Of a stretch of DNA of 64,000 bases, positions 1-13,294 are shown piece after piece; position 1 is the first letter of the stretch; every line of letters starts with the position of its first letter. The position numbers and the translations under genes are program-made. The notes below the pieces were generated by a model. That model was not told the DNA's origin and ran no database searches. It saw only the letters and a list, made by a program, of their open reading frames with translations. This stretch comes from Octopus sinensis (Eukaryota). The stretch covers positions 16,554,001-16,618,000 of the forward strand of contig NC_043020.1 in assembly GCF_006345805.1 (NCBI RefSeq), read 5' to 3'.

Positions 1-1385
1 TCAATCTGAGGGAGAAGCCCTTTGTTAGCAACAAAGGTAATGCCTTTCTGAACTTTACCCAACCGACTCTAATTCTAGCATATATGCTTTCAGACTGTCC
101 CCCTCTACTGCTAATTTGGTCACCTAGGTAAGAGAAACTGTCTGTTACCTGCAAGGAGCCTCCTGGACAGTGGAGGAAATCCATTTCCTGTACATTCTTA
201 GTTTTTGTTATTCCTACACACCTGCCACACACAAAGACTACTTTCTCTGTTTACCTTTCTGGTGATTCTGCTGCATTTCTTATATGTCCATAGCTTGCAA
301 TGCATACACCGTATGGAATTTCTACCTACTCTTTTTCTACATATCAAGCGGGTCTCTTTCTCTGAAGGGATTAGTAATTTGTCTGCTTTCCTTCTTACTC
401 ATATTTTGTTCTTTGTTGAATGAACCCTTAAGCCCCTTTGACTCCAGATCTCGCTTCTACACCTGATATTCCTTTTCTAATTCTATAATAGATTCAGCTA
501 TAAGAACAAGGTCATCAGCATAGAGAAGCTCCCGTGGGCAACCAGATTTAAATTCCTTTTTTATGTCCTAGAGGACTATGATAAACAAGAGGGGGGGGGG
601 CCTTAGAACTGAGCCTTGGCGAATTCCTACATGCCCTCCAAATTTGTTACTACATTCATTACTGACTTTCACCTTACTGATAACTTTTTTCCCTGTTTCT
701 GTTGTACCTGTATTTCAAAGGGCCGGCCTTGTCACTCTCTGTGTCATGCTGAATATCCCCGAGAACTACGTTAAGGGTACACGTGTCTGTGGAGTGCTCA
801 GCCACTTACCCGTTAATTTCACGAGCAGGCTTTTCCGTTGATTGGATCAACCGGAACCCTCGTCGACGTAACCGACGGAGTGCTTCCCATACATGGCTTG
901 GACAGCTCTCACTAGCCACACATCTACCCCTAGCTTATGCAACAAGCACCAGATGAGGGTGTGAGAGACGCTGCCTGAAGTTTTCTCCGTATCAACAGAT
1001 GCTAAGTACAGCAGTTTATTTTTCACTAAACGCTTCTTCTGCAATTGCCTTACTAGGAAGATAACATCACTAGTGCTTTTCCTTGGCACAAAACCAAACT
1101 GCATCTCATCTTGGCTAACTCTCTTCCTAATTACTTGAGCTATGACCCTTTCTGGAACTTTCATGACTTGGTCCAGCAATTTGATATATCTGTAATTACT
1201 TCTTATAGCAATTGACTATGATACTGCTACACCAGTCATTAAGTATGACCCCTTCTTGGACAACTTGATTAACTATACATGTGACTAGGCCAATCCCTCT
1301 CTGCTAGATATTTTAAGCTTCTCGGCAATAATTCCTGATGGGCCGAGGACTTACCCTGACTTCATTTCCTTAATTGACTTATCTA
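1..1385 (-). mobile_element. Degenerate RTE-clade LINE, reverse transcriptase region
   Basis: Minus-strand peptides QFGFVPRKSTSDVIFLVRQLQ, GIRQGSVL, CPRELLYADDLVLIAES (YADD at 511-522) and FSYLGDQIS, with stops and frameshifts. Confidence 0.9.
694..883 (+). mobile_element. 5'-truncated SINE (family E 3' half) inserted in the RTE remnant
   Basis: Homologous to the reverse copy at about 24345-24520. Flanked by a 5-bp direct repeat ttccc (689-693 and 884-888). Confidence 0.75.
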
Positions 1386-1671
1386 TCATGTAGCTACGCA
1401 AATCATCATTTATATATACACACACATAAACACATAGTCTGTAACGTTAATATTTCTAGTAATATACATTAAGTGACATTTGCTGAATTAATTTGACTTG
1501 ATATTTCTTACTTATTTCTAATTAACACATGACCTATTCACATTTACATCTTGTAATTGTTTTACAATAATATTAACCTCTTGTCCACTGTACTGTCCAC
1601 TCTGTTTCATCTGTCAGCTGAACAGCTTCTGTCTACCCTCATCCACTATAGTTTTGCTATTGTCCCTATAT

Positions 1672-1742
1672 CAGAGGGACCCCCAACCATTTTTGCATTT
1701 ATAGACTGGTTTCATGCAAAACAATTTTTCCACGGACCAGGG
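1672..1742. mobile_element. Fragment of a hAT-type MITE end
   Basis: cagagggacccccaacc...aatttttccacggacc resembles Charlie/MER1-type termini; the partner TIR was not found. Confidence 0.35.
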
Positions 1743-1837
1743 AATCAAACACATAACAAAACCCAGAAAGTACATTATATAAAGAAGCTTGCTTCCTAAC
1801 CACATAGTTCTAAGTTCAGTCTCACTGCATGGTACCC

Positions 1838-2058
1838 ATTTCTTTATTACCCACAAGGGGCTAAACACAGAGGGGACAAACGAGGACAGACAAACGGATT
1901 AAGTCGATTACATCGACTCCAGTGCGTAACTGGTACCTAATTTATTGACCCCGAAAGGATGAAAGGCAAAGTCGACCTCGGCGGAATTTGAACTCAGAAC
2001 GTAGCGACAGACGAAGTACGGCTACGCATTTCGCCCGGCATGCTAACGTTTCTGCCAG
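1838..2058 (-). mobile_element. SINE family B (tRNA-like head, Meta/MESC-like core ttcatcctttcggggtcgataaattaagtacc)
   Basis: Closely matches copies at 23128, 25701, 31330, 46001, 49345 and 51683. Confidence 0.85.
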
Positions 2059-2917
2059 GAAAAGTCAGTCTTAGCAGAACATAAAAGTGGACAAAATGAT
2101 GTTAAGCATTTTCTCTAGTATGCTAATGATTCTGCCAGCTTGCCACCTTGATGATGGTGGTGGTGGTGGTGGTGGTGGTGGTGGTGACGACAGCAACTGC
2201 TGCGGTTGTTGTTGTTTCAAGTTCTGTCATCTATAGAAGTACTCTTCTTTGATATATTCAAGATTTATTCCATTCCTATCACCTAAGTATAAATGCCAGG
2301 GAGTTAAAGTATCATTTTCTTAAAGTTCCTTTTCATGGGTCATTTGCTGCGTTTGATAATCTAAATAAGCAGAAAAATGAAAAGGATGAAGAGTCAGAAA
2401 GAGGTATGAAGTTTATTAATTAATATTCCACTTGATGAATGACACTAATTCCTTTCAATAACCCCACTGCCACAACCCACTTGTTGATGCAATAATAAAG
2501 GGAGTGTCATTAGTGATTCAAGAATTAAATTAACGAAGATATCTTGGAGTAGAATAATGACAAAAGCAGGTGGGTAGAGAGAAAGTGAAGCCTGCTAATG
2601 GGTTAAGATTTGGTTTTTGTGGGGGTGGCTGTTGCTTTTGAAGCTGAGTAATGGTGGTGATCTAAATGAATTCAGTCAGGTATCAGGAACAGAACTTAAT
2701 AAGGGGGCGGAAAAAAAAAACCAGGATGTATAGGGAGTTCAAATCTAAAGAAGGCTCATCATCATCATAGTAATAATAATAATAATCTTTTCTACTATAG
2801 GCACAAGGCCTAAAATTTGGGGGAGGGGTTCTAGTCAAGTACATCAACTGGAAACGAATGACACTGCTTGTTAGACAGTGATGGTCATTTATCATTATTA
2901 GATGACGCCAAGACATG

Positions 2918-3270
2918 GGGACACAGTGGCTGTGTGATAAGTAGCTTGCTAACCAACCACATGGTTCCAGGTTCAGTCCCACTGCATGGCACCCTGGGGA
3001 AGTGTCTTCTACTATAGCCTCGGGCCAAACAAAGCCTTGTGAGTAGATTTGGTAGACAGAAACTGAAAGAAGCTTGTCATATATATATATGTATGTATGT
3101 GTGTGTGTGTGTGTCTGTGTTTGTCCCCCCAACATTGCTGGTGCATTTACATGCCCGTTTTGGCAGTTAGCAGTTTTGGCAGAAGAGACTGATAGAATAA
3201 GTACTAGGCTTACAAAGAATGAATCTTGGGGTGCTCCAGAATGGCTGCAGTTAAATGACTGAAACAAGTA
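2918..3270 (+). mobile_element. SINE family A (older copy)
   Basis: A box tggctgtgtg, B box ggttcagtccc, core, internal (TA)n(TG)n and a tail ending gactgaaacaagta. About 30 copies or fragments occur in the window. Confidence 0.85.
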
Positions 3271-3287
3271 TAATAATAAAAGAATAT

Positions 3288-3320
<33 letters not shown>

Positions 3321-4153
3321 TTGTATGTATGTATTTATATATATATATATAGAGAGATAACACCTTCTTTGAGTTTCTGTTTACTAAAACTCCTCTCACA
3401 TGGCTTTGGTCAGCCAGGTACTATTGTGGGCATCACTTGCCCAAGTGCCATGCAGTGGGACTGAACCCAGAACCATGTGGTTTTGAAGCAAATTTCTTAC
3501 CATATAGCCACGCCTATGGCTGTGGTCTTCCTAATTGCTGATTGTTTCTAAAGCACATTATCACACTTCCCTTACTGAAGCTTATTCAATCAAAACATCT
3601 CTTTAGTGACCAATCTCTGATCATTTGATCTTCAGGAAGTACAATAGTTGTGGTGGTTAAGTGCTGGACTTCTTGGTCACGCAACTCTGTTTGACTCAGT
3701 CTACCTGGCTAAATAGAAATGATTATCACTCTGATGATATGAGTGAGGCTGAGGACATGGTATAAGATACTTGCTCAAGGTACCCCACAGTGGGATCAAA
3801 CACAGAATTACACACTTACAGGCTGAACCTCTTAACTGTTCATTGACCTGGAATAATTGGAAGTGCTTGTTGCTGATGTGGTGGGAATATTCACAAATTT
3901 TCTACAACAAAAAAAAAATGATAATCAGATGTTTCAGACATGACCATGCCATTTTCTAATAAGACATCATCTTTCTATCACAAGATTATCCAAAGTGTTC
4001 CCCTTTTAAGATAGTAGTCTATGATTTGAGAGAAATTTGGTTGCCATTTTTTGCAGAGTTGGTGACTACATAGATGTTCCATTGTTAAGCCAAATATATT
4101 CTTGGTTTATCTGTTATGTAAGGGAAATGAGTTGAGCTGGTGATTGTATAGAT

Positions 4154-4436
4154 CAGTGGTTCCCAAAGTGGGCAGTACTGCCCTCCTGGGGGTGGTGAAA
4201 TGATCCAGGGATCATAGAAGAAAAGTGGGGTGATAATGGGGTGGCTAAAAGAGGGTGATGAATGTAAAAACAACAAAATAATGAGTTAATTAGGTTAAGT
4301 TTTATTTGTGAAATACAGTTGTTTTGAATTTTCTGCAAAAAGTGGTTTCTGTCTGTGGTGGTGGGTAGGAAGTGTGTGCTAGGAATATGGCCCAGGTGCC
4401 AAGGGGTGACAGCCCGTAAAAGTTTGGGAACCGTTG
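4154..4436. mobile_element. hAT-superfamily MITE
   Basis: TIRs cagtggttcccaaa / tttgggaaccgttg; 8-bp TSD gtatagat / atatagat (7 of 8 match). Confidence 0.8.
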
Positions 4437-5128
4437 ATATAGATGTTCCATTGTTAAGTCAAAGACATTCTTGGTTTGCCTGTTTGTATGTGAAGTGACC
4501 TCGAATGACATTTGTAATCCACCAACAGCTTTGTTTTATCAAGACCTTACATCTCCTTCTGCAATATTCACACTTACATAAAATACTGACGTCATCAACT
4601 GAATTTAAACAAATCAGTTTATATCCACTTTAGCATTTTCTGGGGGATATTAAATAAAAGAAATGAATAAAAAAATTCTACAAACATATTGTCTGAAATT
4701 CTGAGTAAAATGGTTTTCCATATTCCAGAACTTCTCTTGTGTCTTGTTTTGTTCTCTTTTTCTGTTTCCATTTGCTTTTCCAAATATAAAGTGCATTAAT
4801 ATATATTTATTTACGAAGCCATTAACAGAATATCATCATTATACTATTTAATTCTTTGAAATAACTTTGTGTTTTCCATTAAAAATTTTTTGCTATTCAA
4901 GAGTTGTTTTACAATTGTTTTATTATCACAAATCCTCTTTCCTGGAAATTTAAATTCCTTGACAGATTCTTCAAATTATTAGATATCATTTATATAGGTG
5001 ACTATGTAGCTTCCCAAGAATATGGTCTTCGGTTCAGCAAGTGTCTTCTACCATAGTTTCAGTCCAACCAAAGTCTTGTGAGAGGATTTGGTTGATGGAA
5101 ACTGAAAGAAGCCTGTCATATATATATC

Positions 5129-5509
5129 TTTTACTTGTTTCAGTTATTAGGCTGTGGTCATGCTGGGGCTCAGCCTTGTTGAATTACCCCAGTACTTTTT
5201 TTAAAATCTAGTACTTATCCTATCAAACTCTATTGCCAAACAACTAAATTACGGGGGACATAAACACACCAACACTGGATGTGAAGCAGTGGTGGGGGAG
5301 AAGCACACACATGCAAACTCACACACACACACACACAATATATGTACAATGGGCTTATTTCAGTTTCAGTCTACCAAATCCACTCGCAAGGCTTTGGTCA
5401 GTGCAAGGTTAAAATTAATGACACTTGCCCAAGGTGACAAGCAGTGGGACTGAACCTGTAACCATGTGGTTACAAAGCAAGCTTCTTACCACACAGCCAT
5501 GCCTGCTCC
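5129..5509 (-). mobile_element. SINE family A (diverged)
   Basis: Full head-core-microsatellite-tail layout in reverse. Confidence 0.8.
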
Positions 5510-5578
5510 TATATGTGTGTGTGAGTATGTACATATATGTGTTGTAATATGCATGTATGTATATATTTTATCCCCTAT

Positions 5579-5975
5579 TACTCTTTACTCTTTTACTTGT
5601 TTCAGTCATTTGACTGCGGCCATGCTAGAGCACCGCCTTTAATCGAGCAACTCGACCCTGGGGCTTATTCTTTGTAAGCCCAGTACTTATTCTGTCGGTC
5701 TCTTTTGCCAAACTGCTAAGTGACGGGGACATAAACACACCAGCATCGGTTGTCAAGCAATGCTAGGGGGACAAACACAAACATACACGCACACATATAT
5801 ATACATATATACGATGGGCTTCTTTCAGTTTCCATCTACCAAATCCACTCACAAGGCTTTGGTCGGCCCGAGGCTATAGTAGAAGACACTTACCCAAGGT
5901 GCCATGCAGTGGGACTGAACCCGGAACCATGTGGTTGGTAAACAAGCTACTTATTACACAGCCACTCCTGCGCTT
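5579..5975 (-). mobile_element. SINE family A (young, full length)
   Basis: High identity to copies at 10458, 12895 and 62921; (gagtaaaa)-type tail. Confidence 0.9.
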
Positions 5976-6601
5976 ATATATAGTTTGTCTGAATAAAAAG
6001 ATGGCATAGTTTGGGTGCAACGTCTTTGATTATGGACTTACTCAATAAGACCTAGCCTTGGGCTAAACAATAGCAAAATATTTCTTTTTGCCAATGATTT
6101 CTATTCTTCAGGCCATGCTGAAGACTATGTCCTCTTTGACCATGTTTATTTACTCTATATCTCTTGATTTCATTCCGGTATTCATTTGGAACTGTTGTTT
6201 ATACCATCTTACTACTCACTCTCTTTCTTTCTCCCCCACGCTCTCTCTCTCTCTCTCTCTCTCTCTCAATGATTACACACAACCTTTCCAGCCTCCTTTT
6301 TCAATTTACATCTCTCTGTTCCTGCTTTATTACATGTAATTAAACTTTTGGTCTTTCAAAAATACCAAAAACCAACCAACCACCCTCTTCTTCTTCTTCT
6401 GCTACATAGGAGCTCTAAGCACTCAACACCCGCTTCCTCCAAGATTCAACCATTCAACGGCAAAAAAAAAACACATTTAAAATAAGATCTATTCATAACA
6501 CTTTTCTTCTACATTTATTAATTAATTTTATTTTACATTTGTTTTGCGTTTATTTCTAAATGATAATTATGATTCCCTTCAATTTCCATTTGAAATTTCA
6601 G

Positions 6602-6702
6602 GGTGCATTGGTAACAGTTTGTTCTGATGATACCTTACATCTATGGAATTACCGACAAAAAAGGCCAGATATTGTACACACCTTGAAATTTATGAAAGAA
6701 CG
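6602..6702 (+). CDS. STXBP5: Internal coding exon (101 bp, phase 0 to phase 2) of tomosyn / syntaxin-binding protein 5, N-terminal WD40 region
   Basis: Acceptor ttgaaatttcag| and donor |gtgagt. Translates GALVTVCSDDTLHLWNYRQKRPDIVHTLKFMKE(R), matching the tomosyn motif GALVS..DDTLHLWN.RQKRP.I.HSLKF..ER as recalled. Length and phases match the vertebrate exon as recalled. It is below the ORF-track length cutoff. Confidence 0.93.
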
Positions 6703-6789
6703 GTGAGTGACTGATATATATTTACTTCTATATGCATATATACACATTTATATATATGGAGTACTTTAAATTACATTTATGTATATCAT

Positions 6790-7288
6790 AGATCGACAGA
6801 TACATTCATACATATATATATGTGTGTGTGTATGTATATTATATACATACATATAACTTATATACATTTACACATATATATTATATGCACATATATATAA
6901 TATATATATATATACATTTACACATATGCATATATATATATATATATCTATATATATATATTATATACATTTACACATATATGCACATATATATACACAT
7001 ATATATATACATATATGCATATATATATATACACATATATATATATATATATATATATACTTATATATTATACACACACACATATATATATATATTATAT
7101 ACATTTACACATATATGCACATATATATACACATATATATACATATATATGCATATATATATATACACATATATATATATATATATATATATACTTATAT
7201 ATTATACACACACACATATATATATATATTATATACATTTACACATATATGCACATATATATACACATATATATATACATATATATGC

Positions 7289-7321
<33 letters not shown>

Positions 7322-7415
7322 CTTATATATTTATACACACACACACATATATATATATATATACATACATACATACATACATATATACACATACATACAT
7401 ACATATATATATATA
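6790..7415. repeat. Compound (TA)n/(CA)n microsatellite with a higher-order unit of about 130 bp repeated about 3 times
   Basis: The block tatacatttacacatatatgcacat...tacttatatattatacacacac recurs; it produces the YI/HT-rich ORFs. Confidence 0.9.
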
Positions 7416-7947
7416 ATTTCTCCTACTCCACTAATAAAAGATTTTAAATAACACATTATGCTTCTGTTAACACTTATCACCTATTTTTTTTTTTTGTTAA
7501 GTTAATTTTTTTTAATGAATCTGTAAGAAGACATTACATTAATTTTTATTTATAGAGGACTGTCTTATTTTTCCCTCTTCTCTCATTTATTACATGTTAA
7601 TTATGTAATTATGGCTCCTTCCTCTGATGTATGATGTCATTTTTAGAACATCACTTCTTGAAAATTATGCAAAATTGTATTTATTTATTCGCAGTTCTAA
7701 ATAAATATGTTGTTCGGTTCTTTCTTAGCTGTTGTTGTATCATAGCTGGTGGCAGCAGTAGTCATGTTAACCAGGGTTTGTAATGAAGTCTCACGTTGAA
7801 ATAGTAGCTAAATCTCCGTGTAAAAAGGAGGAAACTCTGCATAGTTTAGTCTTAGATACATTGAAATGAAATGACAAATAATCACAACTGAAATATTTTT
7901 GATGAAAAGTTTGCCAAATCAGGACTAACCTGGGGATAATTAACTAT

Positions 7948-8276
7948 AGGTGCAGGAGTGGCTGTGTGGTAAGTAGCTTGCTTACCAACCACATGGTTCC
8001 GGGTTCAGTACAATTGCATGGCATCTCGGGCAAGTGTCTTCTACTATAGCTTCAGGCTGACCAAAGCTTTGTGAGTAGATCTGGTAGACAGAAACTGAAA
8101 GAAGCCCATCGTATATATGTGTATATATATATATATATGTGTGTGTGTGTATCTGTGTTTGTCCCCCCAACATCACTTGACAACTGATGCTGGTGTGTGT
8201 ACATCACTGTAACTTAGCAGTTCAGCAAAAGAGAGTGATAGAATAAGTACTAGGCTTACAAAGAGTAAGTCCTGTG
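7948..8276 (+). mobile_element. SINE family A (3'-truncated)
   Basis: Head aggtgcaggagtggctgtgtgg, core and partial tail. Confidence 0.85.
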
Positions 8277-9099
8277 GTCCGTGTTTTCTTCCCAGGGAAC
8301 TGTCAACTCTATCATCTTTACCACTTTCATATCTTTTGGACCTTGGGTGTGAAGTGAACTTCTGAACCATGTAGCCATGCCCACACATGCAAAGTGGGTA
8401 TCTTTGTATGGGAGACAAATTCTTTCAGATAAATCTCTTAGATAAACCCCCTTCCGAACTAGAGCAGAATCTCCATTGTTGAACGTACCATATCTTCATA
8501 GATCAACAGTAACAGTTCATAACCGTCTTGATTGGTGGATGTTGTGTTGCAAAGTACTCCCCAAGAAAAGCTTGAACACCACAACTTCTGTATCCTCCAA
8601 TAGCAATGACACACTAATGACTCGTTAAAACTCTGAGCAATTGATTTGATATGTCACACTTGATAAAAACTAATTAATATTTTTATACCTTTTGTTTTGT
8701 ATTTGACATTGTCTAGAAACTTCTGGGGTTGGGAAAATTTCAAAGTGGGACAAATAACTTTGTCCAAAGTAATCAATAGTCTTTAATTTATTGTTTTATT
8801 AATTAAAGAAAGTATTATCTAAAAGATTTGCAGAATAGGCAGAGGTGTGGCTGAATATATGACTGTGTGGTAAGAAGTTTGCTTCCCAACCATGATTTTA
8901 GGTTGAGTCTCACTCTGTGGCACCTTGGGCAAGTGTCTTCTACTATAGCCCTGGGTCAACAAAGGCCTTGTGAGTGAATTTGGTAAACAGAAACTGAAAG
9001 TAGCTTGTCATGTGTTTGTTTCTGAATGTTTGTTCTCTTTGTCACCTATATTCTCTCACACTGTGCCTTGAGAGTATATACTGGCACACAGCCACCACA

Positions 9100-9131
<32 letters not shown>

Positions 9132-9492
9132 CTCTAACCGGAGTATCCTTGTATCTCTTCTACAGCAAGACACCTGTATCTATTCCTCTACTGTTCTTTT
9201 AACCTCTTATCAACTGGCACAAAGCCGCCTCCCTCAATACTACTCTCCCCCTCCTTCCCCCCCGGTCGAGAGTCACTTTGTCTTTTCTTGCAAGTTACTT
9301 GGTGACGCCCCTGCTGATTGTGCCATGAAAAATGCAATCTGAATGCTCTGTAAAGTGGTCAATGTTAGGAAGGGGATCCAGCCATAGAAACCATGCCAAA
9401 ACAAACAATAAAACTTGGTGGCATAGCCCTCTGTCTTGCCAACTCTTGTCAAACTGTGCGACTCATACCAGCATGGAGAACAGACATTAAAT

Positions 9493-10004
9493 CAGAGGTC
9501 ACCAAAATACAGACCACAGGCCAGATCTAGCCTGCCACCGCATTATACCGTTTATATAAGTACCTACAATGAGAGTTCATGTCCTTCTGATATGGCAGCA
9601 GTGTTTGGAACAACTTATGTCTGTGAGCAAACATTTTCAGAAGTGAAGAATGTGAAGTCAGCTCATCGAACGAGGTTGACTGATGAACATTTGAAAGCAA
9701 TTCTCTTGGTTGGATGCAGCAATTCCAAAGCAAATATTGATGATATCTTAAAAGCTAAACACCAGTTTCACAAATCTCACTAACCTTTTTTGCTGCCTAG
9801 TTTGTGAGATTCAGATATGTGCACACTGGCTGTGATATAACTATCTTATTGCTAATGTCACCTTCTTTGATAACTCATTGGTAAATAAATATGTTGGTTG
9901 TCTTTATTTTGGGGGGGGTTCACTGTATTGTATTGAACAAAATGGTAATGCAGCCCATGCTCATCATTCTCTGGCCTGCCGCAGAAAAAGTTTGGTGACC
10001 CCTG
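9493..10004 (+). mobile_element. Internally deleted hAT transposon retaining the transposase C-terminal dimerisation segment
   Basis: TIRs cagaggtcaccaaa / tttggtgacccctg; TSD cattaaat / cgttaaat; ORF segment FGTTYVCEQTFSEVKNVKSAHRTRLTDEHLKAIL ending at 9783. Confidence 0.88.
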
Positions 10005-10457
10005 CGTTAAATGATAATGATATCATATGGTTTAATCAATAATTTTTTTGTTACAGAATTTTAATTCTTTTTGTCTTTGGTCAGTAAGTGTTATTTCCTA
10101 TTTGCTTCTATCTAGAAATCAAAGGAAATCACTACCATTCCCATCAAACTTTGCTTTTGTGACCTGAACGCCAATGTTTTGAAACTGACCTAATTTCCAT
10201 TACACTTGAGACAAATTCAGCGCTAAGTTTCTGTAGCAAATATTCTGTTCAATACCACAGATTTGCTTGTCAATTGCTTGATTTTAACCACTTGAGTATA
10301 TCCTTTAGTGGTTGACAATAAGTGCATCTCTGACCATGAGCAGGAGTAGTGGGGAAGCATAATAACCATGTTTTGAGAGGAACTCATTGAGGTTTTGAAT
10401 AAATGTAGCAAAAGCCAAATTTGAAGGAAATAGTAGTCATTTTTCATACTTTCTAAG

Positions 10458-10846
10458 GGCGCAGGAGTGGTTGTGTGGTAAGTAGCTTGTTTACCAACCA
10501 CATGGTCCCGGGTTCAGTCCCACTGCGTGGCACCTTGGGCAAGTGTCTTCTACTATAGCCTCAGGCTGACCAAAGCCTTGTGAGTGGATCTGGTAGACGG
10601 AAACTGAAAGAAGCCCGTCGTATATATGTATATATATGCTTGTGTGTGTTTGTCCCCCTAGCATTGCTTGACAACCGATGCTGGTGTGTTTATGTCCCCG
10701 TTACCTAGCAGTTCGGCAAAAGAGACCAATAGAATAAGTACTAGGCTTACAAAAGAATAAGTCCTGGGGTCGAGTTGCTCGATTAAAAGCGGTGCTCCAG
10801 CATGGCCACAGTCAAATGACTGAAACAAGTAAAAGAGTAAAGAGTA
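10458..10846 (+). mobile_element. SINE family A (young, full length)
   Basis: Near-consensus head, core and tail. Confidence 0.9.
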
Positions 10847-11919
10847 CGTAAATAGGAAATAACAGTTGCTACCCTAGGACAAAAACCATATTATACAGTT
10901 TAATATAATCCCTCCAATCCTACTTGTGTTTTTTCTCACCTAACAGGATTTCCTTATTTCAAACAGATTTCAGGATTTTTGTAAAATCTAGATCTAGGCC
11001 TTTCTCACATTGATAGCAAAGCTTTATACTCTTACCATACTTGTTATTCACCACACATTTTAAATGAGTGAAAAAAATTTGTCTCCTAAACACAATGACA
11101 TGAGTTCTTAATCGATTTGATTGAAATTCGTTATTAAATCACATTTAATTATAAAATTTGCAAATATAAACTGACGATGGGAAGTTTTTTTTTGCTTGTT
11201 TGTTTGTTTTGTTTTACATTTTTGTTATCGAATGAGTGTACTCGAGATAAGTGTTATCCCATACTAATTAATCTATAAAAATAAAATAATTATTTGCTTC
11301 GTGTAATTATTTTGAAATGTTAATAAGAACCAAAGATGCAAATAAGAATACCTCTAAAAGTTTATTTTCATGACAAATTATAAATTTGTTCCTTGTAAGT
11401 GAATAGCTTTCATACTAGAGAATAAATGTATCTTGAAATAGTAAAATTGGAAAAAAATGCAGTAAATAGAAAAAAAATCTCTCTTTGATGTTCTTGTTAA
11501 AGCATTAAGCACTAGTTAGTGGCCAGGAAAACTAACAGCAGTAGATTATTCTCCATAAAATTGTAGCTGAGTTTTTTAAAAATTTTTTTCTCTTATATAT
11601 TGGTAATTTTGTTTTAAGAATCTAACATTTATTAAAATAGATCTTTATCTAGAAAAATAGACTTAATTGATTGTGAAGCCAACTCTGAGATATAAAAAAA
11701 AAATATCTCAAAATAAATATGGTAAATGAATTTGTCCCTTTTATTTTTTATATACATTTTTTTTTTTTTTTGTAATGTAAAAATTGTAAGGAAAATTCAT
11801 TGTCAACTCTTATTGATCTTCAGCTTTTTAAGAATTTTCTGAAAAACGTTATTTCCACTGTGTGATGAAGTCTTAAGAGTTGTTTCTTTACCTACTACTT
11901 TATGTATGCGCACGTATGT

Positions 11920-11948
11920 ATGTATGTATGAATAAGTGTGTGTGTATG

Positions 11949-11991
<43 letters not shown>

Positions 11992-12016
11992 GTATGTGTG
12001 TATGTATGTATGTATG

Positions 12017-12048
<32 letters not shown>

Positions 12049-12081
12049 ATATATATATATATATATGTAGATGTGTCTATC

Positions 12082-12136
<55 letters not shown>

Positions 12137-12156
12137 TATATGTAGATGTGTCTATC

Positions 12157-12210
<54 letters not shown>
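11920..12210. repeat. Compound (TG)/(TA) microsatellite with an internal duplicated block
   Basis: atatgtagatgtgtctatctgtgtg... occurs twice. Confidence 0.9.
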
Positions 12211-12211
<1 letters not shown>

Positions 12212-12894
12212 TATTTTAATTAACTTCTACAAGTAAGTCATCATAGAAAGAACAGGTTTTGACTTTATATTGATTTTCCTCATGCAAGAGTTTTATATAT
12301 TTAATATAATTCAATAACCCCACCACCGCACACATGCACACATACACACCAACACTACCACCACTACCACTGCAACCATCTCGTTAAAGAAAGGTCCCAT
12401 AAAAATACATTATATCGAGCTGTTGCCGTCCATATCGGCTGAAGACTTTAAATCTTTGAAGTAATGATGTATGAACTCCCACTCTATCCCTCTCTCTCTC
12501 TCACACACACACATACACAAACACCTACTTTAACAAAAAACAACATACTGTACATATCTTTATGTAGATAGCATTGATCTGTAATAGTCTTATTGTCAGT
12601 TCTTTGACTGTGGCCATGCTGGGGCATCACTTTGAGAGATTTAATCGAATAAATTAGTTTATGTCTACTAAATCCACTCACAAGGCTCTGATCATCCTGG
12701 GACAATAGTAGACAACACTTTGGCCAAGGCGCCACGGAGTGAGACTGAACCTGGAACCATGTGATCGGGAAGCAAACTTCTTACCACACAGCCACACCTG
12801 CCCCCATATTACATTTTTATATATAAATATACAGTTTGTAATACAAATATAATAGAGACATATTAATATATACTTTACATATTTAAATCTTTGA

Positions 12895-13294
12895 AGGCGC
12901 AGGAGTGGCTGTGTGGTAAGTAGCTTGCTAACCAACCACATGGTTCCGGGTTCAGTCCCACTGCATGGCATCTTGGGCATCTTCTGCTATAGCCTCGGGC
13001 CGACCAAAGCCTAGTGAGTGGATTTGGTAGACGGAAACTGAAAGAAGCCTGTCGTATATATGTATATATATATATGTGTATGTGTGTGTATATGTTTGTC
13101 TGTGTTTGTCCCTCTAGCATTGCTTGACAACCGATGCTGGTGTGTTTACGTCCCCGTCACTTAGCGGTTCAGCAAAAGAGACCGATAGAATAAGTACTGG
13201 GCTTACAAAGAATAAGTCCTGGGATCGATTTGCTCGACTAAAGGCGGTGCTCCAACATGGCCGCAGTCAAATGACTGAAACAAGTAAAAGAGTA
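12895..13294 (+). mobile_element. SINE family A (young; gctaacc / cttctgctatagc subfamily)
   Basis: Shares diagnostic bases with copies at 53343 and 62921. Confidence 0.9.

Noticed and set aside
2263-2403. Exon-like 141-bp segment (ttcaag|...|gtatga) encoding DLFHSYHLSINARELKYHFLKVPFHGS...
   Set aside because: No recognisable homology; the open frame is phase 1 while the host intron is phase 0, where it hits a stop; an open frame of this length is plausible by chance.
2683-3399. 238-aa ORF and many recurring ORFs with DGLLSVSVYQIHSQGFG / EDTCPRCHAVGLNPEPCGW or FLRLDALPNANHS
   Set aside because: Antisense or sense read-through of SINE A and family C; the same peptides recur at each copy.
6602-6702. 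Intronic exon-complementary sequence for recoding of the tomosyn exon
   Set aside because: Only matches of about 11 nt or less to the exon reverse complement were seen by eye; a proper local alignment would be needed.
6822-7451. Long ORFs rich in YI/HT/CV (also at 11880, 16967-17737 and 35393-35983)
   Set aside because: Translations of (TA)n/(CA)n/(TG)n arrays, which lack stop codons in several frames; not coding.
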